64,000 nucleotides of DNA from an uncultured delta proteobacterium (GTDB lineage: Bacteria > Desulfobacterota > Binatia > DP-6), in the NCBI GenBank assembly GCA_963815115.1, contig CAWFFN010000005.1, positions 768,001 to 832,000 of the forward strand. The letters run 5' to 3'. The translations under genes were made by a program, and so were the position numbers. Under the pieces are notes generated by a model that worked only from the letters and a program-made list of their open reading frames with translations, was not told the DNA's origin and did no database searches. Of the stretch, positions 1 to 9,113 are shown in pieces (the stretch's first letter is position 1; each line of letters starts with the position of its first letter).

Positions 1-890
1 TTCGGGCCGTCGGGACAGAGGAGCGCCGCGAGCGCCTGGAGCTGCCGGCGACCCACGCCGACCTCGAACATGCCGCCGAGGTAGACCGCGATCCCGCGGG
101 ACCGGCAGGCCGCCGCCGCCGCCAGCATCTCGAATATCCCGCCCATGCGCGCCGGCTTGAGGTTCGCGGCCACCGGCCGCACGGGCAGCCGGTGGACGTC
201 GTCGGCAGTGGAGAGGGGAGAGTCCGCGGCGAGCCGGCGCTGCAGATCGCCCGACCACGGCGCCAGGTCCCAGCACGGGTCCTCGACCAGCGCGTCCGGG
301 AGGATGCGGTGCGCACGCTCGTGGTCGGCGCGCGTGCCGGCGTTCTTCCAGTCGAGTACGGCGATCCGGCCCGACGCGGCGAGGGCGGCGAGGGTGGCAT
401 CGTCCCACGCCGGGTCGGCGTCGACCTTGAGCTCCACGTTGCCGTGACGGCGCGCCTCGGCGGCGGGGTCGGCGACGCGCCCGAAGGACACGACGTAGCG
501 CACCGGCCGGGGCGCATGACCGGCGATCTCGAACAGGCTCACGCCGTGCTGGCGCAGCGCCAGATCGATGGCCGCCGCCTCGAGCGCTGCCCGGTCGTAG
601 GGTTCTGCGATCGAGTCCGCGATGGCGGCGCTCCACGCGTCCAGCCGCCACGTGCCGCGCGGCACGCGGGGCGCGGTCCGGTCACGGAAGGCGCCGTGCT
701 CGGCCTCGGTCCAGCCGACGTGCTCGCTCCGTCCCGCAGCCCCGTTGCCTCGCAGCGTCAGCCGCGAGCTCGGACGTGGACCGTCGGGATAGGACGGCAC
801 GTCCACGGCGCCGACCTCGACGCTCACCTGCTCGATGGTCACCGCGAGCGCGCGGAGCGCGGTGCGCAGCGCCTCAGGCGTCGCGAGCAC
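1..890 (-). CDS. Enolase-superfamily (MLE/OSBS-like TIM barrel) protein; 3' end runs off the window
   Basis: Not in the ORF track because it has no stop in the window. Translated by hand from GTG 890: MLATPEALRTALRALAVTIE...ALEAAAIDLALRQ...ELKVD...VLDWK...VEDP...AADSP...NLKPARMGG...YLGGMFEVGVGRRQLQALA. Shows the enolase-type acidic metal ligands and catalytic Lys; overlaps the stop of the upstream fusion gene. Confidence 0.75.
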   Translation of the reverse strand, partial: MLATPEALRTALRALAVTIEQVSVEVGAVDVPSYPDGPRPSSRLTLRGNGAAGRSEHVGWTEAEHGAFRDRTAPRVPRGTWRLDAWSAAIADSIAEPYDRAALEAAAIDLALRQHGVSLFEIAGHAPRPVRYVVSFGRVADPAAEARRHGNVELKVDADPAWDDATLAALAASGRIAVLDWKNAGTRADHERAHRILPDALVEDPCWDLAPWSGDLQRRLAADSPLSTADDVHRLPVRPVAANLKPARMGGIFEMLAAAAACRSRGIAVYLGGMFEVGVGRRQLQALAALLCPDGP

Positions 891-3156
891 AGCGGAAGCC
901 GGCGAAGAGCTGGCGGCGCTGCGGCAGGTCCCAGTTGCGGAAGGTATTGCGGGCGACCAGGGGCTGCGTCGCCCACGATCCGCCACGCAGCACCTTGTAA
1001 CCCTTGCCGAAGTGGACCTCGGAGTACTCGGCATAGGGGAAGGCGACGAAGCCCGGATAGGCCGCCAGGTCGCTCGCCGTCCACTCCCACACGTCGCCGA
1101 GGAGCTGGTGGCAGCCGAAGTAGCTCGCGCCCTGCGGGTAGGCGCCGACGGCGGCGGGCGAGAACGTGCGCTGGTCGAGGTTCGCAAGCTCGGGCGTCGG
1201 TGGCGAATCGCCCCAAGGGTAGCGTCTCGGCGTGCCACGTTCCAGGTCCCAGGCCGCCGCCTTCTCCCACTCCGCCTCGCTGGGCAGCCGCTTGCCGATC
1301 CAGCGCGCGTACGCGTCGGCCTCGTACCAGCAGACATGGATCACCGGCTGGTCGAGCGCGAGCGGCACGAGCCGGCCGAAGGCACGCTCGTGCCAGGTTC
1401 CGTCGCTCGCCTGCCACCACTGCGCCGGATGTCTGACGCCCGCGTCGAGCAGCCAGCGCCAGCCGGCCTCCGTCCACAGCTCCCGCCGCCGGTAGCCGCC
1501 GTCCTCCATGAAACGCAGGAAGTCGCCGTTGACGGTGGGGCAGCGGTCGATCCGGAAGCGCGGCACGAAGACCTCGTGCGCCGGCCGCTCGTTGTCGTAG
1601 GCGAAGCGGCGATCGTCGGTTCCCATCAGGAATGCCCCGGCCGGAACGACGACCTCGGCGGCGGCGAGAGGACCGAACGATTCGGGAGGGTCGCAGCGGC
1701 GCGGCAGCTCGTAGACGAGGTCGTCGATGAGCTGGATCGTCTGCAGGATGGTCTCGGTGTGCTGCGCTTCGTGCTGCGCCAGCATCGCGTGCACGAAGCC
1801 ACCGGCGAGCAGCGGGGCGGTGGCGGGGAAGGTCGCGCGCGCCAGCACGGCGAACGTCCGCCGCCGCGTCTCGTCGAAGTATCGTACGCAGTAGGCGCGC
1901 TGCAGCAACGGCAGGCGGGCACGGGTGGCGCGCGGATGGGCGACGGCGTCGTACAGGTGATCGCGCCGCCGGTCCTCGTCGTCGCGGCGGCCCTCGGGAT
2001 CGTGGGCGCGCCGGATCCACTGCTCCTCGAAGTTCGCGATGTGGCCGAGGTCCCAGACGATCGGGCTCATGAGGGTGCTGTGCTGCCGGGTGAGCTGCTC
2101 CTCGGTGAGCGGGGCGACCAGCTCGAGCGTGCGGGCACGCGCTCGCCCGAGCAGGCGCTCGGCCACGAGGCGCGTCGAGGGCGGGGGAGGGGCGGGGCGC
2201 CGGCGCAGCAGGAGCAGCGCGAACGCCTGCGCGGGATCGGTGATGGTCTCGACCGCTTCGAAGCCGTGGCGCGCGGCCGCGGCGGTCATCTCCGGAATCC
2301 GGAACTTGCGGCTCACCTCGGTGAGCACCATCTCGCCGGCCGCGAGGCGGAACGAGCGGTCGAGCTCGGGAAGCTCGATGACCGCCGGGCGGGTGAAGCG
2401 GGCGAAGATGTCGATGCGCTCGCGGCTCTCGTTCCAGTAGGCGACGTGCTCGATGGCGTCGAGATCGAGGCGCGTGCCGAGGTCGCGATTCATGCGGGCG
2501 AAGAGGTTGCGGGTGAAGGCCGCGCTCACCCCGGCCGCGTCGTTGTAGGCCGCTTCGAGGACGGCCGGATCCTTCACCAGGTCGAGGCCGAGGAGCAGGT
2601 GATCGCCGGCCGACAGGCCGTCGGTGACGCGCTCGAGGAACGCGGCGGTCTCGGTGCGGTCGAAGTTGCCGAGGCTGCTGCCGAGGAAGAGCAGCACCAG
2701 GGGCGAGAACTCGCGCAGCCGGGCGAAGGCCTGCTCGTAGGTGCCGGCGAGGGCGCGTACCCGCAGGCTGGGGAAGTCGCCTTCCAGCGTCCGGCACGAG
2801 GCGTCCAGCATGTCGCGGCTGATGTCGACCGGAACGTAGCGCGCTCGCTGGCCGCCGGCGGTCCAGGCGCGCAGCAGGTGGCGCGTCTTGGTCGAGCTGC
2901 CGGAGCCCAGCTCGACGAGGGTCGGCGCTCCCGCGCGCGCGCGCAGCCGGGAAGCGTGCGCGGCGAGCAGCGCATCCTCGGTCCGGGTGAGATAGTATTC
3001 CGGCTGGCGGGTGATGTCCTCGAACAGCCCGCTGCCCTCGGCATCGTACAGGTAGCGGCAGGAGAGCCAGCGCGGCGAGTCGCCCAGACCGCGCGCGATC
3101 GACTGCGCGAACGCCGCGCGGGCCAGCGCGCGGGTACCCAGCTCGTCGCGTGTCAT
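874..3156 (-). CDS. egtD-egtB: EgtD-EgtB fusion: histidine N-alpha-methyltransferase plus non-heme iron sulfoxide synthase (DinB + FGE-like domains)
   Basis: N-half: YLYDAEGSGLFEDITRQPEYYLTRTE, VELGSGSSTKT, FLGSSLGNF, AAYNDAAG, TEVSRKF. C-half: WDLGHIANFEEQW, QHEAQHTE (HxxxHxE), RLPSEAEWEKAA, GDVWEWT, VLRGGSW, RNTFRNWDLPQRRQLFAGFRCA. ATG 3156 overlaps the HIT stop (ATGA). Confidence 0.92.
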   Translation of the reverse strand: MTRDELGTRALARAAFAQSIARGLGDSPRWLSCRYLYDAEGSGLFEDITRQPEYYLTRTEDALLAAHASRLRARAGAPTLVELGSGSSTKTRHLLRAWTAGGQRARYVPVDISRDMLDASCRTLEGDFPSLRVRALAGTYEQAFARLREFSPLVLLFLGSSLGNFDRTETAAFLERVTDGLSAGDHLLLGLDLVKDPAVLEAAYNDAAGVSAAFTRNLFARMNRDLGTRLDLDAIEHVAYWNESRERIDIFARFTRPAVIELPELDRSFRLAAGEMVLTEVSRKFRIPEMTAAAARHGFEAVETITDPAQAFALLLLRRRPAPPPPSTRLVAERLLGRARARTLELVAPLTEEQLTRQHSTLMSPIVWDLGHIANFEEQWIRRAHDPEGRRDDEDRRRDHLYDAVAHPRATRARLPLLQRAYCVRYFDETRRRTFAVLARATFPATAPLLAGGFVHAMLAQHEAQHTETILQTIQLIDDLVYELPRRCDPPESFGPLAAAEVVVPAGAFLMGTDDRRFAYDNERPAHEVFVPRFRIDRCPTVNGDFLRFMEDGGYRRRELWTEAGWRWLLDAGVRHPAQWWQASDGTWHERAFGRLVPLALDQPVIHVCWYEADAYARWIGKRLPSEAEWEKAAAWDLERGTPRRYPWGDSPPTPELANLDQRTFSPAAVGAYPQGASYFGCHQLLGDVWEWTASDLAAYPGFVAFPYAEYSEVHFGKGYKVLRGGSWATQPLVARNTFRNWDLPQRRQLFAGFRCARDA

Positions 3157-3569
3157 GCCGTGGTCGCCTTCCGGATCGCCGCGCCCACGTCCGCCAGCGT
3201 GCGCGACGTGCGTCGAGGGAAGATCGTGTGGATGGTTCCGGCGCCGTCGCCCGGCCATCGCGGCACGATGTGAACGTGAACGTGGGGGACCGTCTGGCCG
3301 GTGGCCTCGCCGTTGTTGATGCCGATCGTGGTGCCGGCCGCGCCCACCGCGAGGCGCACGGGATCGGCGAGCCGGCGCACGAGGCGGAAGAGACCGTCGG
3401 CCGCCGCCGGCTCCAGCGCCTCGATGGTGGGCACATGCGCCGTCGGCACCACGAGCGTGTGGCCATCGGCGAGAGGCTCGAGGTCGAGAAAGGCGACGCC
3501 GTCGGGTGCGCGGGCCACCACCTCGGCGGGTATCTCACCGGCGACGATGCGACAGAAGACGCACGTCAT
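3153..3569 (-). CDS. HIT family nucleotide hydrolase
   Basis: CVFCRIVAGEIP...GHTLVVP...GQTVPHVHVHIVPR (HxHxH triad); SD-like GGGAG upstream of ATG 3569. Confidence 0.92.
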   Translation of the reverse strand: MTCVFCRIVAGEIPAEVVARAPDGVAFLDLEPLADGHTLVVPTAHVPTIEALEPAAADGLFRLVRRLADPVRLAVGAAGTTIGINNGEATGQTVPHVHVHIVPRWPGDGAGTIHTIFPRRTSRTLADVGAAIRKATTA

Positions 3570-3687
3570 CTCCCGGCCTCCTCGTGGCGCGGGTACGCCC
3601 GGCCGCCCCTCGGGGCCAACGCGGCTCGCCTCACCGCGCCGCATCCTGCCAGGTATGGCAAACAAGGGAAGCCCCCTCGGAAGCTGG

Positions 3688-4299
3688 TCAGAGGACTGCG
3701 TCGAGCAACGTTCGCGTGGCCGCGCCAGGGTTTCCGGCCGAGAGAATGGCGCGGATCACGGCGATGCCCCACGCGCCCGCCGCCCGCAGCTCGGGGACGC
3801 TGGCGGCCGTGACTCCGCCGATGGCGAGGACGGGAATGCGCGCTGCCGCCACCGCGCCGCGCAGGCGCGCGGCGCCCTGCGGCGGGCCGAAGGACGTCTT
3901 CGACGGCGTGGCATGGACGGGGCCGAAGAACGCGAAGTCGGCCGTGGCGGCGGCGACCTCCGCCGCCGCGTGCGTCGAGATGCCGATCAGTGCGCCGGCC
4001 GGCAGCAGGCTGCGGACCACGTCCACCGGCATCGACCCGCCGCCGAGGTGCACGCCGTCGGCGCCGGCGGCGAGGGCGACGTCGACGCGGTCGTTCACCA
4101 GCAGCAGCGCGCCCGTACCGGCCGTCAGGGCGCGCAGCCGCTCGGCGAGTACGAGGAGAGGCCGCCCGGGCAGATCCCTTTCCCGAAGCTGCACGGCGGG
4201 CAGCCCGGCGTCGAGCGCCGCCGCGACGACGTCGCACAGGTCGCGCCCGCCGGTGGCATGGCGGTCGGTGACCAGCACGAGCTTCGGTGGCGCCGCCAT
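3688..4299 (-). CDS. thiE: Thiamine-phosphate synthase (ThiE/TenI family)
   Basis: LVLVTDR, VQLRERD, LLVNDRVDVALA, GVHLG, GISTH, FGPVHATPSK, VLAIGG. Confidence 0.85.
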   Translation of the reverse strand: MAAPPKLVLVTDRHATGGRDLCDVVAAALDAGLPAVQLRERDLPGRPLLVLAERLRALTAGTGALLLVNDRVDVALAAGADGVHLGGGSMPVDVVRSLLPAGALIGISTHAAAEVAAATADFAFFGPVHATPSKTSFGPPQGAARLRGAVAAARIPVLAIGGVTAASVPELRAAGAWGIAVIRAILSAGNPGAATRTLLDAVL

Positions 4300-4309
4300 C
4301 GCACGCACT

Positions 4310-5830
4310 CTAGCGCAGCCCATGGGGCGGGTCAGTTGCCGGGCGGCGCGTGCTCCCGTCCGCGATCGCGGCGCGGAACGGCTCGAGCTGGGGGTCGCCG
4401 GTCCGCTCCATGTGCGCCAGCAGCAGCCCTGCGAGGTGCTCGACGTCATGGCGATAGGCAGGCGCGTCGATCACGTTGTGACGCTCGTCCGGGTCGCGTT
4501 CCAGGTCGTAGAGGGCGAGGACGGTGCCGAAGACGTACTGCCGGACGCGCGCGGCGACCGCGGCGTCGTGGCGCGCCGCCGCGGCGAGTGCAGGGAACGT
4601 CAGCCCGTTCATCGCCTCCACCCGGAACCGCCTCCGGCCGTCCGCCCACGGCTCGAAGATCAGCGAGCGCGTGTTCGTGCGCACGCAGCGCTGCGGAAAG
4701 GCCGCGCCGCTGCGCACCGTGTTCACGTGGGTGACGACGTGGTCGCGTCCGTCCTGCGTTTCCCCGCGCAGCAGCGGGCCCCAGGAGCGGCCGTCCATGC
4801 CCGCCGGTGGGGCGACCTCGAGCAGCCCCAGGAGCGTCGGCATCAGGTCCACGCTGCTCACCATCGCCTCGTGCGACGCCGCCGGCGGCATGGCGGGATA
4901 GCGCAGGACCACCGGCGACCAGGTGCCGTCGCGATAGACGGTGGCCTTGGCGAACGGGACCGACATGCCGTTGTCGGAGAGGAACACGACCACCGTGTCG
5001 CCGACGTGCCCCGCGGCATCGAGCGCGTCGAGCACCGCGCCGAGGCTCCGGTCCATGCGGGCGACGTTCGCATAGTAGCGCGTGAGCTCCCGGCGGACGG
5101 GCGGCAGGTCTTCCAGGACGCCGGGCACGAGGCCGGGGCCGGCCCGCAGCGCCCAGGCGTGGACCGCGGCCCGCTCGAAACGTCCGCCGACGCCCGACGG
5201 CCATCGGTCCAGATCGCTGCCGAGGAAGGGGCGATGCGGGTCGGTGATGTTGGCGTCGACGAAGAAGGGACGGCCGGCGCGACGCGCTTCGTCGAGGCAG
5301 CGCGTGACGGCCGCGCCGATCCGGGACGGTCGGCGTCCGGAGCCGCGCAGGGCGAGGTCCCACGGGAACTTCGCAGGGGGGCGCATGTGCGACAGCTTGT
5401 TGATCGCGGCCGTGAAGTAGCCCCGTGCCTGCAGGACCTCGACCAGGGTCGGAACGTCGCGGGCGACGGGGCCGAACCCGAGCGCGCCGTTGCGGTGCGG
5501 CACGCGCCCGGTCAGCAGCGCCGCGCGCGACGGCGCGCAGATGGACGCGGTGAGGTGGGCGTTGACGAAGCGATGCGAGGAGCGGGCCAGCGCATCGAGG
5601 CGCGGCGTCGCCGGCATGAGGCTTCCCATCCACCCCGCCGAGTCGGCGTTGAGGTCGTCGGCGGTGATCAGGAGGAGGTTCGGGCGCCGTGGCAGCGGCT
5701 GCTGGGCGGCGGCGGCCGGAGCGCCGCGCGCCGGGCCGGCGCCCGCGACGCTCCACGCGAGCAGCACGGAGAGTCGCGTCGCCCGCAGCAGACCGCCGCA
5801 CGCTGCGCCGCGGGCCGTCCTCGCCACCAT
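4310..5830 (-). CDS. Secreted formylglycine-dependent sulfatase (sulfamidase-like)
   Basis: RPNLLLITADDL, CAPSRAALLTGR (CxPxR), FLSDNG, LYDLERDPDE; N-terminal signal-like segment. Confidence 0.9.
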   Translation of the reverse strand: MVARTARGAACGGLLRATRLSVLLAWSVAGAGPARGAPAAAAQQPLPRRPNLLLITADDLNADSAGWMGSLMPATPRLDALARSSHRFVNAHLTASICAPSRAALLTGRVPHRNGALGFGPVARDVPTLVEVLQARGYFTAAINKLSHMRPPAKFPWDLALRGSGRRPSRIGAAVTRCLDEARRAGRPFFVDANITDPHRPFLGSDLDRWPSGVGGRFERAAVHAWALRAGPGLVPGVLEDLPPVRRELTRYYANVARMDRSLGAVLDALDAAGHVGDTVVVFLSDNGMSVPFAKATVYRDGTWSPVVLRYPAMPPAASHEAMVSSVDLMPTLLGLLEVAPPAGMDGRSWGPLLRGETQDGRDHVVTHVNTVRSGAAFPQRCVRTNTRSLIFEPWADGRRRFRVEAMNGLTFPALAAAARHDAAVAARVRQYVFGTVLALYDLERDPDERHNVIDAPAYRHDVEHLAGLLLAHMERTGDPQLEPFRAAIADGSTRRPATDPPHGLR

Positions 5831-6017
5831 CGCCGCGAGCCCAGCAAGCGGGATGCCCCCGCGGAGATGCAGCTCGATTCGATGCTTGGATCAGCCCCCC
5901 CGGGGTCGGTGTGAAGCGCGATGCACGCCGGCAGCCGGGCGACGAGAACGCGTGGCGTGCATCGAGTACGGCGCTTCACGGTTCGCCGCGCCGACCTGTG
6001 CGAAGAGCGGCCGCGGA

Positions 6018-6758
6018 TCAGCGCAGGTGGCGGCCGCCGTCGGCCCGGATGGTCTCACCGGTGATGAAGTCGTTCTCGATGAGAGCCAGCACGGCGTGGG
6101 CGATCGCTTCCTCGCCGCCCCACCGCCCGAGCGGTGTCTCGCGCTCGACCGCGCGCCGCTCCTCGGTGCCGAGCTCGGGGGGAGCGAGGATCGGCCCGGG
6201 GGCGACGGCATTCACCAGGATCTGGTCGCCCGCCAGCTCGAGCGCGAGCGCTTCCGTCAGACCCACCACGGCCGCCTTGGCGACGTAGTACGGCAGGTAG
6301 CCCGGATAGCGAGGCCGGCCGCTGCGCGACAGCCAGTCGGCGAAGAGCACGATGCGCCCTCCGCCTGCGGCCCGCATGTGGGGAGCAGCCGCCCGCGCGC
6401 ACAGGAACGCCGCCCGCGCGTCGACCGCCAGGCTGTCGTCCCAGTCGCGCTCGGTGAGCGCGTCGAACGGGGTCTTGGCGTAGCGCGACGCCATGTGGAC
6501 CAGGACGTCGAGGCGCCCGAGCGTCTCGACGACGTGGGCCACGAGTGCGTCGCACTCGGCTGCCTTGGTCAGATCGGCCGCGAACGCCGTCGCCCGCCGT
6601 CCGAGCGCCCGCACCGCGTCGGCCGCGCGCTCGACGTCCTCGCGCGAGCGATTGTAGGAGAAGGCGAGGTCGGCACCGCGGGTCGCGAGCGCCAGCGCGA
6701 CGCCGCCGCCCACGCGCTTCGCGCCGGTGATGAGGACGGTCTTGCCGGTGAGGTCCAT
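6018..6758 (-). CDS. SDR oxidoreductase (pteridine reductase/FolM-like)
   Basis: VLITGAKRVG Rossmann variant, YYVAK (YxxxK), VNAVAPG, ITGETIRADGG. Confidence 0.85.
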   Translation of the reverse strand: MDLTGKTVLITGAKRVGGGVALALATRGADLAFSYNRSREDVERAADAVRALGRRATAFAADLTKAAECDALVAHVVETLGRLDVLVHMASRYAKTPFDALTERDWDDSLAVDARAAFLCARAAAPHMRAAGGGRIVLFADWLSRSGRPRYPGYLPYYVAKAAVVGLTEALALELAGDQILVNAVAPGPILAPPELGTEERRAVERETPLGRWGGEEAIAHAVLALIENDFITGETIRADGGRHLR

Positions 6759-6948
6759 GGTTGAGAACGCGTCGAGTCCGAGCCGTAGGCATTGTCGCAT
6801 GCCGGCGCTCGCGCGACCACCGGGTCGTGCCGTGCCGCGAGCGCGGGTGATTTCCGTTCCGATCTGCACAGCGTCGACCGCCAGCTCTTCGCCTGATCTC
6901 CGCGGCGGGCGCGGCGCTGCGGGGGAGATGGCTCCCCGGAAAGGTACC

Positions 6949-6988
6949 GGATTGGCCCCCTGGAGCCACTTCCAGGGTCAATTGGACT
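6949..6988. promoter_or_regulatory. Putative MocR operator region
   Basis: Two ATTGG direct repeats (near 6950 and 6981) flank an inverted repeat CCCTGGA-N6-TCCAGGG (6958-6977), between the divergent SDR and MocR genes. Confidence 0.4.
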
Positions 6989-7004
6989 CCACTACCCTTG
7001 TGCC

Positions 7005-8570
7005 GTGCTCGAGATCGCCTTCCGGCCGGATCGCGCCAGCGAGGTGCCCATGGCGCGGCAGCTGGCCGACCACGTGGCGACGCTGGTCACGAGCGGACGC
7101 CTGCTCGGGGGCTCCAGGCTGCCGGCGTCGCGCGAAGCCGCGATCGCGCTCGGCGTCTCGCGCAAGACCGTGAGCGCGGCGTACCAGCAGCTCGCCGCTC
7201 GCGGGCTGACCGCTGCGCATGTGGGGCAGGGCACGTTCGTGCTGCTCGGCACCCCGCCGCCTGCCGCCGCACCGCGCGCAGCCGCCGCTCGCACGCCCCG
7301 CGAGTTCGCGTGGGACGGCCTCCTGGCGCGGGTGCCGCCGGTGCCGCTCAGCCTCCGCCGGGCCGAGCGCGGCGGCCCCTCTCCCTACGACTTCCGCGGC
7401 GGCCGGATCGAGGCCTCGGCGCTGCCGCTGGCCGACCTGCGCTGGGCCATGGGGCACGCGTTCCGATCCCGGGCGGGGCTCCAGGCGCTCGCGTCACACC
7501 ACGATCCCGCCGGCTGGCCGCCGTTGCGGCGCGAGATCGCGCGCCTCCTCGTCCGGCGCGGCATCTCGTGCGACGCTCGCGAGGTCGCGGTGGTGAACGG
7601 CCTCCAGCACGCCATCGACCTCGCGGCCCGGGTGCTGGTCGAGCCCGGCGACGCCGTGGTCATGGAGCAACCCGGGTACTTCGGAGCCGCCCTGGCCTTC
7701 GCGGCCCGGGGAGCCGACGTGCTCGGCGTCGACGTCGATGGCGAGGGCCTGCGCACCGACCGTCTCGCGCGCGTCCTGCGGCTCCGGCGCGTCAAGCTGG
7801 TGTACGTCACGCCGGCGACCCAGAGCCCGACCGGCGCGATGATGAGCCCGGCGCGTCGCGAGGCCCTCCTCGCCCTGGCCGACGAGCATCAGGTGCCGAT
7901 CCTCGAGGACGACTACGACAACGAGCTGCGCTACGCGGGTCCGGTCCAGCCGGCGCTCAAGGCGACCGATCCCGCCGGTCAGATCGTCCACGCCGGCACC
8001 TTCTCCAAGGTGCTGTTCCCGGGGCTGCGCGTGGGCTACGTCGTGGCGCCGCGCGTGCTGCTCGAGCGCCTGGTCGCGGCGCGTGCGGCGAGTGACTTCG
8101 GCAGCGGCGTCGTGCAGCAGGCGGCGCTGGCCAGCCTGCTCGCTACCGGCGCTCTCGACCGCCACCTGCAGCGCGCGCGGCGGCTCTATGGCCGGCGGAT
8201 GGCTGCCCTGCTCGCCGCCCTGGGTCGCGAGATGCCGGCGGGCGCGCGCTGGACCGAGCCGCGCAGCGGACATCTGGTCTGGCTCACGCTCCCGTCCGGT
8301 GTCGATGGGGATCGCGTGCATCAGGCGGCCCTCGCGCTCGGTGTCGCCTACACGCGCGGCGAGGTCTTCTTCGCCGACGGCCGTGGCGGCGAGCACATCG
8401 CCCTGGCCTGCGCCGCGGTCGACGAGGCGACCATCGCCAAGGGCGTCGCGCGGCTGGCGCGCGCGATCCGCGAGGTGGCGTCGAGCGGTCACCCGGCTGG
8501 TGTTCGGCGGCCGGCCGCGGGCGAGCGGCTGGCGAGAAGGAGGAGCGATGGCACGCAGCGAGCGGGGTGA
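7005..8570 (+). CDS. MocR/GabR family PLP-dependent transcriptional regulator
   Basis: N-terminal GntR wHTH (RLPASREAAIALGVSRKTV...GQGTFV) plus class I aminotransferase domain (ILEDDYD, GTFSKVLFPGLRVGY). Confidence 0.93.
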   Translation: MLEIAFRPDRASEVPMARQLADHVATLVTSGRLLGGSRLPASREAAIALGVSRKTVSAAYQQLAARGLTAAHVGQGTFVLLGTPPPAAAPRAAAARTPREFAWDGLLARVPPVPLSLRRAERGGPSPYDFRGGRIEASALPLADLRWAMGHAFRSRAGLQALASHHDPAGWPPLRREIARLLVRRGISCDAREVAVVNGLQHAIDLAARVLVEPGDAVVMEQPGYFGAALAFAARGADVLGVDVDGEGLRTDRLARVLRLRRVKLVYVTPATQSPTGAMMSPARREALLALADEHQVPILEDDYDNELRYAGPVQPALKATDPAGQIVHAGTFSKVLFPGLRVGYVVAPRVLLERLVAARAASDFGSGVVQQAALASLLATGALDRHLQRARRLYGRRMAALLAALGREMPAGARWTEPRSGHLVWLTLPSGVDGDRVHQAALALGVAYTRGEVFFADGRGGEHIALACAAVDEATIAKGVARLARAIREVASSGHPAGVRRPAAGERLARRRSDGTQRAG

Positions 8571-8967
8571 TTTCTGGTTCTGGGCGCTCGGCGTCTTCGG
8601 CCTGGCCAACCTCGCCAATGCAGCCTGGATGCTGGCCGATCCCGCGCACTGGTATGCCACCCTCCCGGCCGCCGTCCCGGACACCGGTCCGCTCAACCTG
8701 CACTTCGTCCGCGACATCGGGAGCGCGTTCGCGGTGATGGGGGGCGCCCTGCTCGCCGCGGCGGTGTGGCCGGCATTCCGGGTCCCCGCGCTCGCCGCCA
8801 CTGCCGGGTTCTACGTCCTGCACGCTCTCGTCCACGTCACCGACACCGTCGGGGGACGGCTGCCGCCATCACACTGGCTGATCGACTTTCCCGGCGTGTA
8901 CGGGCCCGCGGTGCTGCTGGTCGTGCTCACCGTGGCGGCTGCACGCTCGAGCGGGGCCGCGCGATGA
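8548..8967 (+). CDS. Small integral membrane protein (about 4 TM)
   Basis: AGGAGG SD before ATG 8548; hydrophobic helices; DTGPLNLHFVRDIG motif. Confidence 0.75.
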   Translation: MARSERGDFWFWALGVFGLANLANAAWMLADPAHWYATLPAAVPDTGPLNLHFVRDIGSAFAVMGGALLAAAVWPAFRVPALAATAGFYVLHALVHVTDTVGGRLPPSHWLIDFPGVYGPAVLLVVLTVAAARSSGAAR

Positions 8968-9113
8968 CGGCCGCGGCTCGCATCGCGCTCGGCATCATCC
9001 TCGGGCTGCTCCTCGCGACCTTGCCCTTTGTTCACTACCGGCTCGGTGGCGCGCACGCCCGCGCCGACCCGGCCGTCGATACGGGAGGTTCACATGCGCA
9101 TCGCACCGATTGA
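8964..9113 (+). CDS. 49-aa single-TM His-containing small protein
   Basis: ATGA overlap with the upstream gene; MTAAARIALGIILGLLLATLPFVHY...; overlaps the next gene start. Confidence 0.5.
   Translation: MTAAARIALGIILGLLLATLPFVHYRLGGAHARADPAVDTGGSHAHRTD

Noticed and set aside
874-2190. EgtB half as selenoneine synthase SenA or ovothiol synthase OvoA
   Set aside because: No senB/senC (selD-like) neighbours, no C-terminal OvoA methyltransferase, and the tail motif resembles mycobacterial EgtB.
874-5830. FGE-like domain acting as the maturase of the nearby sulfatase
   Set aside because: The domain is part of EgtB (DinB + HxxxHxE) and lacks the FGE catalytic Cys pair after RGGSW.
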